Source: a virus (taxonomy: Duplodnaviria; Caudoviricetes). Taken from it: a stretch of 33,134 nucleotides of DNA. Shown here piece by piece: positions 16,111 to 25,318 of the stretch. Positions within the stretch are counted from its first letter, which is position 1. Every line of letters starts with the position of its first letter. The position numbers and the translations under genes were made by a program. Location: IMG/VR virus record IMGVR_UViG_3300020045_002076, positions 1-33,134 of that record, one strand, 5' to 3'. Under the pieces are notes generated by a model. That model searched no databases. It worked only from the letters and a program-made list of their open reading frames with translations, and was not told the DNA's origin.

Positions 16111-16317
16111 ATGTTAAGTAAAAAACGAAGCTCAGGAACACCAGCAAAACTGGCAATCTTTGTAATCGCAATGTGGTTAATTTGCATTTACGGATGGATT
16201 GTAAACTGCATCAATGTTGTTAACAGCGATTTCAGCAACATAACAGGGCTATTGGTGGTTAGATGTGTTGGGATTATTGCGGCTCCTGTTGGCTCGTTTA
16301 TGGGGCTGTTTTTCTGA
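16111..16317 (+). CDS. Small two-TM membrane protein
   Basis: AAGGAG RBS; GWIVN...VRCVGI.AAPVGS.MG pattern. Confidence 0.7.
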   Translation: MLSKKRSSGTPAKLAIFVIAMWLICIYGWIVNCINVVNSDFSNITGLLVVRCVGIIAAPVGSFMGLFF

Positions 16318-16332
16318 TTAAGGAGATTAAAA

Positions 16333-16506
16333 ATGGAGCGTAAAAGTGGGTTTTATTGGGTGAAATACATTAATAGCAATGATTGGATTATTTGTCGGTA
16401 TTCGAAAAACTCAGAAAAATGGTACGTACCGAACACTTTTATTAGTGATAGCGAGCTAGGTGAAATCAACCCTAACCGCATCATGTCGCCTGACGAGTGG
16501 GAGTAG
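16333..16506 (+). CDS. 57-aa hypothetical protein, not in ORF track
   Basis: AAGGAG RBS; MERKSGFYWVKY....WII.RY......W... Confidence 0.75.
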   Translation: MERKSGFYWVKYINSNDWIICRYSKNSEKWYVPNTFISDSELGEINPNRIMSPDEWE

Positions 16507-16508
16507 AT

Positions 16509-16724
16509 ATGCAAAACACAGAAAACAAGTTCAAGCATGATGGCTTGTGGTATATCGCGGTTGAGCAAGATGGTTGCAGGAATTGTGAGTTTAAAACCAC
16601 CACAGGATGCGAGCTTGACTCAATATTTTGCGATGTACCTGAATGCGGCATGCAAGATAGACAAGACAACCGCAATGCAATTTTCGTTCGTAGTGATGTT
16701 GATAATTTAGGATATGAAGAATGA
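16509..16724 (+). CDS. Cys-rich hypothetical protein
   Basis: GCRNCEF...C.....C...C; GGAG RBS before ATG 16509. Confidence 0.65.
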   Translation: MQNTENKFKHDGLWYIAVEQDGCRNCEFKTTTGCELDSIFCDVPECGMQDRQDNRNAIFVRSDVDNLGYEE

Positions 16725-17245
16725 AATATGAAGCAGTTTTTGGCAATCAAGATTTATTTGACGGAGCCGGAACATTCACAGGTTTAGATGTTGTTGTTCA
16801 TAGTATTGCTAGTGGGATTAAGTCTTACGCTAGACTATCGGATTTAACTCCAGAGTCGTTGAGAAATCACCCAGTTTGCGCCATGCGCCGCATCATCCAA
16901 GAACCTAAACGCTGGACGGTTGAAGACCAGAAGGCTGGGCGGTTGCCTGAGGTTGGGGCAAAATACGATGCTAGTGGGTGCATTGTTGAGCACCTCGGTG
17001 TTGGTGTTTTGTCAAACTCAAAAACTTTTTATTTTAGATTTCCAAGTGGAGATTGCGGGCTTTGTGATTCAATTTTAATTAAGCCACTCGAAACACAAGA
17101 AGAAAAAGCTGAGCGGTTGCGGAGTGAGTGGGTAGAGTTGGCTAAAAGTAAATACGCTGATGACTTAAACTGCAATGCGTTTTCATTCGTTTACGATTCG
17201 ATTATCTCTGGCGAATTATCAGTACCAACAAAAGGCGGCGAATGA
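16721..17245 (+). CDS. Hypothetical protein (174 aa)
   Basis: ATGA overlap with upstream gene; operon context. Confidence 0.7.
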   Translation: MKYEAVFGNQDLFDGAGTFTGLDVVVHSIASGIKSYARLSDLTPESLRNHPVCAMRRIIQEPKRWTVEDQKAGRLPEVGAKYDASGCIVEHLGVGVLSNSKTFYFRFPSGDCGLCDSILIKPLETQEEKAERLRSEWVELAKSKYADDLNCNAFSFVYDSIISGELSVPTKGGE

Positions 17246-17676
17246 TGATTAACATAAAAGTAAAACGCATTACAGATACAGCAAAGCTACCAACCTATGC
17301 ACACGATGGTGATGCGTGTTTTGATTTGTATGCCGATGACGTTAACGAGACGTGCGGTGGGACTGTGTTCACCTGCGATACTGGATTATCTGTAGATGTG
17401 CCGAAAGGTTATGCCATGATGATTTACAGCCGCTCTGGTCATGGATTTAAAAACAACATGCGCCTATCGAATTGTGTTGGCGTTATCGACTCAGGCTATC
17501 GCGGGCCATTAATGGTGAAGCTAACGTGTGACCGCCATATTCAATACATCCCAAAAGTCGGCGACCGCATAGCACAAGCTATGCTCATTCCTGTGCCGGT
17601 AGTGACATTTGAAGAAGTAACTGAACTAAGCGACAGCGAGCGAGGTGAAGGTGGATTTGGGAGTAGTGGGCGATGA
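17242..17676 (+). CDS. dut: Trimeric dUTPase
   Basis: Five motifs: ACFDL, RSG, GVIDSGYRG, GDRIAQ, RGEGGFGSSG. Confidence 0.97.
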   Translation: MMINIKVKRITDTAKLPTYAHDGDACFDLYADDVNETCGGTVFTCDTGLSVDVPKGYAMMIYSRSGHGFKNNMRLSNCVGVIDSGYRGPLMVKLTCDRHIQYIPKVGDRIAQAMLIPVPVVTFEEVTELSDSERGEGGFGSSGR

Positions 17677-17813
17677 TGACCATAGGTTCATTTATGCGTG
17701 AATTTTTCCCAGCCGAAAAACCATGGGAAACAAAATGGCAAAAGCGTGATGTTTGCAGATTTCGCGGAACCGGAATAACAAGAAAGGCCGCAAGTAAACG
17801 CAAAAAGAAGTAA
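17673..17813 (+). CDS. 46-aa basic protein, not in ORF track
   Basis: ATGA overlap with dut stop; MMTIGSFMREFFP...RKAASKRKKK. Confidence 0.5.
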   Translation: MMTIGSFMREFFPAEKPWETKWQKRDVCRFRGTGITRKAASKRKKK

Positions 17814-17840
17814 CTACATCCCCGACATCGTCATAATGGT

Positions 17841-17863
17841 AAGGCGCTTAGTGCGCCTTTTTT
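17841..17863 (+). terminator. Intrinsic terminator
   Basis: aaggcgc-ttagt-gcgcctt-tttt. Confidence 0.75.
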
Positions 17864-17929
17864 GATAAATATCTTGTAATAGTTAAATGATTTGATACTA
17901 TATATAAAATTGTACTGCGGAGATCTGTT

Positions 17930-18964
17930 ATGACACCACTAGAGATGCAGAAAATGAAACAACGGATGGCGCTTCCATTTGAATACAAACTAGAGCTTAC
18001 AAAGCGAAGAATAAAAGACTGGTACAAACACTGGGATGGCGATGTATTTGTTGGTTTTTCAGGTGGCAAGGACTCAACTGCGTTGCTTCATATAGTTCGT
18101 AGCCTGTATCCAAATGTTGAAGCTGTATTTAGTGACACCGGACTTGAAATGCCTGAGATTCGTAATTTTGTTAAAAAGTTTGAAAATGTAACCAGAGTTA
18201 GACCAAAAAAACCATTTAACAAGGTTATAGAAGAAGATGGTTACGCCATTGTTAGCAAGAAAGTATCACGGCAGATTAGAACGTTAAAAGCTGGCCCAAC
18301 GGGTAACGGCGACACATACAAGCTATATGATGAAGGAGTTACATCAGAGGGACATAGCGCCCCATCTTGGAAGTTGGCAAAAAAATGGAGAAAATTGGTT
18401 GATGCAGATATTAAAACATCCGAAAAATGCTGCGATCATTTAAAGAAAGAACCATTAGGTTCGTATATAAAAGAAACTGGGAAAAAACCATTTTCCGGAA
18501 TGATGGCATCGGAAGGTGGTTATCGCTCATCCATTCCAAAGTGTAACGCTTACGATACAGCTAAACCAATGTCGTCACCTTTGTTATTCTGGTCTGATGA
18601 CGATGTTTGGGAATACATAAAACGCTACAATGTTGATATTTGCGAGGTTTATTACGATAGATTGATGGTAGATGGTAATGTCATTATTACATCGAAAGAC
18701 AGATTATTTTCAAAAACAATAGAATCATTAACTATAGAAAAAACACTAGATGATATTGTTTTATATACAGATGGTTCTGTATTTGTTCCAGCTGAAAAGC
18801 GCACAGGTTGTATGTTTTGCATGTTTGGTGTGCACTTAGAAAAAGGCGCAAACAGGTTCCAGCGCATGTATTACTCACATCCCCGCCACTGGGACACGTG
18901 TATAAATAAATTGGGGCTAAAAAAACCTCTTGAACTGATAAATGTTAAGTATATTCCAGAATAA
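17930..18964 (+). CDS. PAPS reductase-like (PP-loop) protein
   Basis: FSGGKDS PP-loop, DTGLE.PE, KCCD.LKK.P, RTGCMFC.FG motifs; own promoter with island motif at 17875-17887. Confidence 0.88.
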   Translation: MTPLEMQKMKQRMALPFEYKLELTKRRIKDWYKHWDGDVFVGFSGGKDSTALLHIVRSLYPNVEAVFSDTGLEMPEIRNFVKKFENVTRVRPKKPFNKVIEEDGYAIVSKKVSRQIRTLKAGPTGNGDTYKLYDEGVTSEGHSAPSWKLAKKWRKLVDADIKTSEKCCDHLKKEPLGSYIKETGKKPFSGMMASEGGYRSSIPKCNAYDTAKPMSSPLLFWSDDDVWEYIKRYNVDICEVYYDRLMVDGNVIITSKDRLFSKTIESLTIEKTLDDIVLYTDGSVFVPAEKRTGCMFCMFGVHLEKGANRFQRMYYSHPRHWDTCINKLGLKKPLELINVKYIPE

Positions 18965-18966
18965 AC

Positions 18967-18989
18967 AAAGGCCCTTTCGGGCCTTTTTA
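18967..18989. terminator. Bidirectional terminator
   Basis: aaaggccc-tttc-gggccttttt between convergent genes. Confidence 0.8.
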
Positions 18990-19919
18990 TTTAACCCCAC
19001 CACCTGCCGCAATCCACGACTCCTCTTGCTTCTGCATTTTGGCAATGAGGTTTTTAGCGAGCGCTTCTCCTTTTTCGTTGACTACTGTCGGGACGATTGC
19101 ACATCTGCAATTGATCGAATTAGAATTCACAGCATAAAAATCCTGCACTTGCGCTTGCGTATAAAGTTGTCCGTGTCGTTCGGCGTGATTTTTTCGCGTA
19201 GTCGCCATCAACGCGCTAACCCACAGCATCCTCATCTTCAATTCAAACTGCCTTGCAGCCTGTGCTGATTCATCCATGACTGCAGAGCGGAATGCTACGC
19301 CCATTTCTGTTCTGGCAATGCGTAGTGCTCGTTTCTTATCTCCGTCAATAGCTTCCGCTAATTGCGAAACTGCCCATTTAGGTGACTTTCCGCGCGCAAT
19401 AGTTTCACCTAGGATGAACCTCGCCTGTTTTGTCACATCATCGGTAAATCCGCGCATTTCGTTAAACGTGCGAGCAGATACGATGCCAATGCGCCGTTGA
19501 TATGGCTGACTAAGCAGTATCTGCTGCAAGTTTTGATATGTCCGAGCATAACTATCTGCCTGCTGGCTAATGAATGCCTGTGCGTAGCCTGTGCCTTGCT
19601 CATAGGCGGCCTCAGTGTATCCAGTAAAAAACCAGTTATCACCAGGCTGATTGTTATCATCCATCATGATTTTTTCTATCAGTGCATCGATTGTTTCATT
19701 CAGTCGCAAGATTTCATTCAAGTCGATTTCATACAGATATGTCTTTTCGGAATTTAGAAAGTATGAGCGCGTATTACTTGCCGTCTCTATAGGTTTTAGT
19801 GACTCATAAACAGCGGTGACCTCTTTCTTAATGCGCGTTAGTCTGCGCTTAAATTCACCATAAGCCTTTACGATTCTACCCGCTTGAAATGTCGGGTCTT
19901 TGATTGATACGGTTGCCAT
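18987..19919 (-). CDS. Head morphogenesis protein (Mu gpF / SPP1 gp7 family)
   Basis: RA.RIARTE, W.SAL..TTR..HA.RHG and INCRC motifs. Confidence 0.9.
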   Translation of the reverse strand: MATVSIKDPTFQAGRIVKAYGEFKRRLTRIKKEVTAVYESLKPIETASNTRSYFLNSEKTYLYEIDLNEILRLNETIDALIEKIMMDDNNQPGDNWFFTGYTEAAYEQGTGYAQAFISQQADSYARTYQNLQQILLSQPYQRRIGIVSARTFNEMRGFTDDVTKQARFILGETIARGKSPKWAVSQLAEAIDGDKKRALRIARTEMGVAFRSAVMDESAQAARQFELKMRMLWVSALMATTRKNHAERHGQLYTQAQVQDFYAVNSNSINCRCAIVPTVVNEKGEALAKNLIAKMQKQEESWIAAGGGVK

Positions 19920-20013
19920 TGCTTAGCCCTGAAAACTTTTTTTTATTATATCACTTGTTGATAGTGTGTTTTTGTGTAATGGTTAAAACAGGTTTTTATG
20001 ATAGGACGCGATA

Positions 20014-20142
20014 ATGAGTTTTATAGCAACAGCAATCACATATTACCTAATTTACTGCGCGGTTATGATGGCTTTAACTGCTGTAGTTGTTACAAGTTGG
20101 TGTAAAGGTTATGAGGAAGGAGTTAAAGATGGACAAATGTAG
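20014..20142 (+). CDS. 42-aa single-TM protein, not in ORF track
   Basis: AGGA RBS; MSFIATAITYYLIYCAVMMALTAVVVTSWCKGYEEG...; downstream of island motif 19975-19987. Confidence 0.55.
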   Translation: MSFIATAITYYLIYCAVMMALTAVVVTSWCKGYEEGVKDGQM

Positions 20143-20425
20143 AGAAGAATTTGAAATATTCTGGATAAGAAGATGCGAGGAATTGGAAATCAAATGCGTG
20201 TTAACTAGATCGGCAATTGATGGCGATTATCTCTACATTAACGCCAATTACGCATGGATAGGCTGGAAAGCATCACGCGAAAGCATGAAGGCGATTAAGT
20301 TGCCAAAAAAAGAAGCCCATCATGTTTATGACAGCCATTACGATGATGGCTTTGCGGATGGATACAATGAATCGATAAAAGATTGCATAAATCAAATTAC
20401 ATCAGCAGGATATAAGGTGGAATAA
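20129..20425 (+). CDS. Hypothetical phage protein (REEFE...AW.GW.ASR family)
   Basis: AAGGAG RBS before ATG 20129; common small-phage-protein pattern. Confidence 0.7.
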   Translation: MDKCREEFEIFWIRRCEELEIKCVLTRSAIDGDYLYINANYAWIGWKASRESMKAIKLPKKEAHHVYDSHYDDGFADGYNESIKDCINQITSAGYKVE

Positions 20426-20631
20426 TGAAACAAGTCTCAGAAATGCCAACTAGCGGGCAGTTTGTGGCGGTGTGGCAGAATCCAACTGGAGGAGTTTGGA
20501 GTGATACGTTTAAGATAAGCAATGGAGAAATGAGTCAATACAACAATGAATTTGATGATTTCTTTCCGCCAGATATCGATACCGTAAATTCTATGAAAGA
20601 AAATAACGCATCATTCTTCATCGCAGACTAG
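20425..20631 (+). CDS. Hypothetical protein (68 aa)
   Basis: TAATG overlap; MP.SGQFVAVW. Confidence 0.7.
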   Translation: MKQVSEMPTSGQFVAVWQNPTGGVWSDTFKISNGEMSQYNNEFDDFFPPDIDTVNSMKENNASFFIAD

Positions 20632-20648
20632 CCCCATCCATGGGGCTT
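20630..20648. terminator. Hairpin between convergent genes
   Basis: agcccca-tcca-tggggct. Confidence 0.6.
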
Positions 20649-20653
20649 TATCT

Positions 20654-22057
20654 TTACTCTTCTTTGTCCATTTCGGCGCTTAGGTCTTCAACTTCTTTTT
20701 GTAGTGCCTTATCTACTTTTTCTGGTTCATATCCACCAGCTACCATCATCTTGTTAGAATCAAATACTACCCCAACAGTGGTAATAGATTTATTGTTAAC
20801 GTCTGCCATCTTATCAACAACCATCATGCGGTCTAATGGTGAAGGTGTTAGCAAATCAGGCCATGAAATATCGAACTCCTTACCAGTCCAGCAGCCCAAA
20901 CCTTGCAGGAATGAAACGAAGTCCAAGATGTCGTTATTCAGTACCTGGTTACGCCGCCCATCAGCAAGCATTGCCATTACTTTGCCATTCTCAGTGCTTG
21001 CACGGTCGCCTGTTAGTGTGCCTGTTAGCTCAGTAGATGGAATACCACCTAATGCAGCACAGAACTCATTCATGTTCCACTGCGCGAACTCGGCAATGGC
21101 TGGCATAGAGACGGACAGCGCTGTCATGTCTACGCCTTGAGTGACAGTGAAGGCGTCCAAGAAGGTGTTCAGGTCTTCACCCATGGACTGGAAAGCGTCG
21201 CCAATTTCTTCCACTTTAACGCCCAACGCTTGCGCTACTTTGCGCATATCAGAATCTTTATCAAAATTAGCATGAATCTGCCGCATTGAGTTTTTAGCGA
21301 AACCCTCAGCGCCGGATTGGTTTAGCTTAAACAAAGCAAATGCAGAATTATACGCCGATGCCAGCAGGTTGTTTCCGCCTTCTGATGACAAGCCATCAGT
21401 GAATACATCACCTAGATAGAACACGCGGTCACGGTGAATGGTGATATCAACCGGCTTTACGCGCGTGTTCATTGATTCATCAAGAATAACCGGCTCGTGA
21501 TATGTCCACAGTAAAGGCTCGCCGTAGGTGTCACTCATGCGGTCTGTGTCAGTTGAGCTAACTTTAAGTTGGTCTTCCCATACCGGATAGAATCCGACTA
21601 TTTTTTCAGGCGTCAGTCCATCTACCGGAAGCGCCCAATCTTTACCGTCAGCAATTCGCAAGATGAGTGCAGAATAGTTGCCAACCATGCGGTACTTATC
21701 AGCCATGCTAAAACAGCGCCATAGTTTTGTACGCTTAGCGAATGCGGAAAACTCTTTCTCTGTTTGTGTCTCTTTTCTGTTTTTCGCTTCTTCTCCGCTT
21801 CCTTCAACAATTTCTGGGTTATCCTGCCATACTTTTCCGCACAGCTTATCAATCGCGCCTTTTACGAAGCCGTTGCGGTCGTACAGGTTCTTTTTGGCTT
21901 GGAATGTCAACTGTTCAGGCAACCCAAAAACTTTATATAACCGGTCATGTTTATTATCTTGCCCGGGTAACCATCCGGGTAATGTCGCTCGTGTGTATTG
22001 TTGCGCATTGGCGGCTAGCATCTGCTTTGCGCGGTTAACAATTATCTCTTTGTCCAT
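20654..22057 (-). CDS. Portal protein (DUF1073-like)
   Basis: 467 aa after terL; Y.RNG......DK, G.YS.L.L..AD, YGEP..W, IH.DRV, IP...L.G..TG.RASTE motifs. Confidence 0.88.
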   Translation of the reverse strand: MDKEIIVNRAKQMLAANAQQYTRATLPGWLPGQDNKHDRLYKVFGLPEQLTFQAKKNLYDRNGFVKGAIDKLCGKVWQDNPEIVEGSGEEAKNRKETQTEKEFSAFAKRTKLWRCFSMADKYRMVGNYSALILRIADGKDWALPVDGLTPEKIVGFYPVWEDQLKVSSTDTDRMSDTYGEPLLWTYHEPVILDESMNTRVKPVDITIHRDRVFYLGDVFTDGLSSEGGNNLLASAYNSAFALFKLNQSGAEGFAKNSMRQIHANFDKDSDMRKVAQALGVKVEEIGDAFQSMGEDLNTFLDAFTVTQGVDMTALSVSMPAIAEFAQWNMNEFCAALGGIPSTELTGTLTGDRASTENGKVMAMLADGRRNQVLNNDILDFVSFLQGLGCWTGKEFDISWPDLLTPSPLDRMMVVDKMADVNNKSITTVGVVFDSNKMMVAGGYEPEKVDKALQKEVEDLSAEMDKEE

Positions 22058-22173
22058 CTTTCTTGCTCCTGTGTGGAATGATTTATTTTAGCATTTTGTG
22101 GTGAATATGGCTTGCGGAGTGTGAATAGTGGCTATACTATGTATGTAATAGTTAAATTGATGGAGATAGAGCA

Positions 22174-22434
22174 ATGAAAAGCGTTTGGAAATTTGAGTTA
22201 ACACCGACAGGTTTTGTTGATATGCCGATTGGTGCGGAGATTTTAAAAATAAAAGAACAAGACAAACTGGTTTATATCTGGGCATTAGTTGACACGGAAG
22301 CAGAAACTGAGACTCGAGAGTTTTTCGTGTACGGAACTGGTCACGCCGTTGATGAAGGAATGAAGTATATAGACACATTTTATATTTCTGGTGGTATTTA
22401 TGTGTTTCATGTATTTGAGAGAGATGAGAAATGA
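22174..22434 (+). CDS. Hypothetical protein (86 aa)
   Basis: GGAG RBS; VWKF.L...MP.GA.IL...Q......WALVD...GTGH...VFHVFE conserved-looking phage pattern. Confidence 0.75.
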   Translation: MKSVWKFELTPTGFVDMPIGAEILKIKEQDKLVYIWALVDTEAETETREFFVYGTGHAVDEGMKYIDTFYISGGIYVFHVFERDEK

Positions 22435-22703
22435 TTAATCAAGACGAAGACAATGAATATGTATTGAATTACGCAAGAGTAATAATGGCATTATTCTCAT
22501 ATGAAACTAGCTTTGCGGCATATACAGCAAGAACTGTAGCAGCAAAACTTTATGCAAAAATGAGAAGAAAACGAGAGGCAGGCAGAAACTACAGAATGGC
22601 AATAAAAGATAAAACCATTGGCGCTATTACTCATGACCGTATTTTGCATAAGCGGAACAATGTATCTATAGGCAGAAACCTTATATGGAATAAGGAGTGG
22701 TAA
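22431..22703 (+). CDS. Hypothetical basic protein
   Basis: ATGA overlap; operon context. Confidence 0.6.
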   Translation: MINQDEDNEYVLNYARVIMALFSYETSFAAYTARTVAAKLYAKMRRKREAGRNYRMAIKDKTIGAITHDRILHKRNNVSIGRNLIWNKEW

Positions 22704-22705
22704 AA

Positions 22706-22990
22706 ATGATTAACCTAGCACTACCAATCACCTATCAAGGCAACACGCCAGAAATGAAGCGCATCGAGTCGGAAGAATTCCGCTCTATGTTGCTAACCTG
22801 CCTACTGGCTGCTGAGTTAAACAGTGATAAACCTAACACCGCAGTTCGCAAGGCTTGCGGTTACATGCTAAAACGATTTCAAGGTGAGCGCACTAGAAAG
22901 ATTCTAGTTGGCGCCATGTCGCAGGCGTTACCGTTGGCTTATATCCATCGGTTGATTAAGATTGTTGAATCTGAATGTGGAGTAAAATAG
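22706..22990 (+). CDS. Hypothetical protein
   Basis: AAGGAG RBS; ATG 22706 (track start 22697). Confidence 0.65.
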   Translation: MINLALPITYQGNTPEMKRIESEEFRSMLLTCLLAAELNSDKPNTAVRKACGYMLKRFQGERTRKILVGAMSQALPLAYIHRLIKIVESECGVK

Positions 22991-23173
22991 ATGACAATTT
23001 CAGTTACTCGCGTTTTCTTTAACGGAGATACAATTCGTGATGTTTTATCAATTGCAGTTAGCCGCGCTATTGAGTTAATTAGCCTTGATTACTCAATCTC
23101 ATTCCAATGTCACAACGTCACCATCATGAAAAACGCACAAGGTGACAGGGTTATTATTCAGGAGGTTAAGTGA
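22991..23173 (+). CDS. Hypothetical protein (60 aa)
   Basis: GGAG RBS; abuts upstream stop. Confidence 0.6.
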   Translation: MTISVTRVFFNGDTIRDVLSIAVSRAIELISLDYSISFQCHNVTIMKNAQGDRVIIQEVK

Positions 23174-23433
23174 TGGATAACAAAAAGTTCTATCGTTATG
23201 GAAAGCATTTTGATGTTGAATCGTGCATCAAAGCAGCAGCCGAAAGAAACAAGTTTAATGATTATTACTCGCTTGCTATGTTCGTAGATTACAAAACGCG
23301 GAGCCAAGAAGACACAACAATAACAGGCAACAAAGATGTATTTGTGAGATATTATTTACCTGAAATAGCAAAAGGCGTTTTGTTTTCTGTTGCTATGCTG
23401 TTGTTTGCTTGGATTGTCGGCGGTGCGAAATGA
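23170..23433 (+). CDS. Hypothetical protein with C-terminal TM helix
   Basis: GGAGG RBS; hydrophobic C-terminus. Confidence 0.65.
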   Translation: MMDNKKFYRYGKHFDVESCIKAAAERNKFNDYYSLAMFVDYKTRSQEDTTITGNKDVFVRYYLPEIAKGVLFSVAMLLFAWIVGGAK

Positions 23434-23669
23434 CATCACCAAACAATCAACTCATCATAGACAAAATAAAATCAGGCAAACTATTCACCAATGAATATCA
23501 AGAATCCTGCCGACAGCGCAAGGCTGCGATATTGCTTGAGCGTAGCAAGCGAGCAAAGCAGGATAACGACTTTTACACGAAACTATGGGAAGAAAACAAA
23601 GCCAAGCGCACCACTGGTGATGTTAGTCCGTATGCAGGAAAAGAATCCGGTGAGTTTGTTGGGGATTAA
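23430..23669 (+). CDS. Hypothetical protein
   Basis: ATGA overlap start MTSPNNQ... Confidence 0.6.
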   Translation: MTSPNNQLIIDKIKSGKLFTNEYQESCRQRKAAILLERSKRAKQDNDFYTKLWEENKAKRTTGDVSPYAGKESGEFVGD

Positions 23670-23671
23670 TT

Positions 23672-23848
23672 ATGTATTCAGAGCGCGATAAATTCGAGCG
23701 ATGGTTTGCAGCAAAGCACAAGCTATTCAACGTTGAACTATCAAAACATCGTAGTGACTCAGTTCACTACGCAACGTATCAAGGTAAAGCAAAATGCTAC
23801 CTAGAGCATGACTGGGAAGTCTGGAGAAATGCAAAGGCCGCTAAATAG
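23672..23848 (+). CDS. 58-aa hypothetical protein, not in ORF track
   Basis: GGGGA RBS; MYSERDKFERWF...DWEVWRNAKAAK. Confidence 0.65.
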   Translation: MYSERDKFERWFAAKHKLFNVELSKHRSDSVHYATYQGKAKCYLEHDWEVWRNAKAAK

Positions 23849-23853
23849 CGGCT
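23836..23853. terminator. Hairpin between convergent island and terL
   Basis: gccgct-aaat-agcggc. Confidence 0.55.
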
Positions 23854-25318
23854 ATCTTCTTCCTGATGGTCGGAAAGCTCCATAACTTTCCGCATTCAAA
23901 TCGGCCAGCTCAGTTAATGCCCACACCAGTGCATCTACTCTGTTCGGTGATTTACCGCCAGCTAGTCCGCTAACCGGGTCGAAATCCATCATTTCCTCTT
24001 CTAAATCATGCAGTCCGCTTTCATGCTTAACCAGTCCCTGTTCATATAGCGCCACTACTGGTTCAGCCCGCAATACTTTACCCTTACTGGCGTGAACTCG
24101 AATTATGCGCCCGTTGAATCCAGATAGTCGCAATGTGTTTTCGCACATATCCCCGCCTTGGTTTGTCTCAATGACGATAGCGTCAGCATTCAGTTCGTTA
24201 TAGATATCAATAGCAGTTGTCGCCCAATCTGTCGGGCTGCCGTGCTGTGTTCGGTCTTTGATTACCCTGTATTTGTCATCGCTCGTTTTGGCTGCTGCTA
24301 CTATGCCGTGAGCATCAGACGTCTTGGTGTTGCTTGCGGCTGGGTCAATAGCTACCACAATGCGCTCATCACTAGCAGTCTCGATATCATGAGACTTGCT
24401 TATGATGCGCTCAGGCCACAATGCTGTTTCTTCATCGCGCTTGATTGGTTTCTGCATGTACTGGGCCCAGAACTTGCGGCGATGAGATTTAAGCGCCACC
24501 TCCTGTTCTGGTCCATGCTTAATGGGCCATAACCAACCATCTGGCAGGCCGTGCTCAATGGGTATGCCGTGCGTGTATTCTGCAGGATACGGCTCGTTAT
24601 TGTTTATGATGACAGGTAGGTTTAAATGGTGCCATTTTTCACCACTACCGCCTCGCAGTAGATAACCAGACAAATCATCCCAATGAATACGCTGCATGAT
24701 GACGATAATTGGAACTGATTCAATCGCTAGCCGCGATGCGATAGTTTCGTTGTACCTATTGTTAACGCCGGAGCGCATCACCTCAGAATATGCGTCATCA
24801 GGTTTGACTGGGTCATCAATAATCAGCGCACCAGTGAAACCTTCTTGCATATGTCCAGCTCGAAAGCCGGTAACCTGACCTGCAGATGATGTTGCATATA
24901 CTCCACCACCTTGCTCAGTCCACCACATAGCCTTACTGTCTGCATCGTCTTTCAATTCAATCGGCCACATAGCCTGAAATGCTGGTGATTTTATTATTGC
25001 GCGACTAGTTGATGAGTTAAGCAGTGCCAAGCTGTGAGAATATGATAAGTGAAGGAACTTTGCTTTTGGGTTGATTGCCAGTCCATATGCCATCATGTTG
25101 ATGGTGCATAACTCGGTCTTTGTGTAACCAGGAGGAACGTTAATTATCAGGCGATTTATTTCGCCAGTTAGGACGCGATTGAGAGCTGACATTATTGCGG
25201 CGTGATGGTCGCCGATAAGTAGCTTGCTACCCATGCGCTGCTTAAAGAAGTAACGCATGAATAGCATTGGGTCTTGCTCTAGCTGCTCACGCAGTAGATG
25301 CTGCTCAAGCGTTGCCAC
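23852..25318 (-). CDS. terL: Terminase large subunit
   Basis: RLIINVPPGYTKTE Walker A, IIDDP Walker B, QR.H.DDL, AIDPA nuclease motif, IETNQGG, SP.RVDALVWA; GTG start overlaps terS stop. Confidence 0.95.
   Translation of the reverse strand: MATLEQHLLREQLEQDPMLFMRYFFKQRMGSKLLIGDHHAAIMSALNRVLTGEINRLIINVPPGYTKTELCTINMMAYGLAINPKAKFLHLSYSHSLALLNSSTSRAIIKSPAFQAMWPIELKDDADSKAMWWTEQGGGVYATSSAGQVTGFRAGHMQEGFTGALIIDDPVKPDDAYSEVMRSGVNNRYNETIASRLAIESVPIIVIMQRIHWDDLSGYLLRGGSGEKWHHLNLPVIINNNEPYPAEYTHGIPIEHGLPDGWLWPIKHGPEQEVALKSHRRKFWAQYMQKPIKRDEETALWPERIISKSHDIETASDERIVVAIDPAASNTKTSDAHGIVAAAKTSDDKYRVIKDRTQHGSPTDWATTAIDIYNELNADAIVIETNQGGDMCENTLRLSGFNGRIIRVHASKGKVLRAEPVVALYEQGLVKHESGLHDLEEEMMDFDPVSGLAGGKSPNRVDALVWALTELADLNAESYGAFRPSGRR

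Noticed and set aside
20654-22057. Anti-CBASS Acb1 call for the DUF1073-like protein
   Set aside because: No 2H-phosphoesterase HxT motif pair domain seen; size and synteny indicate portal
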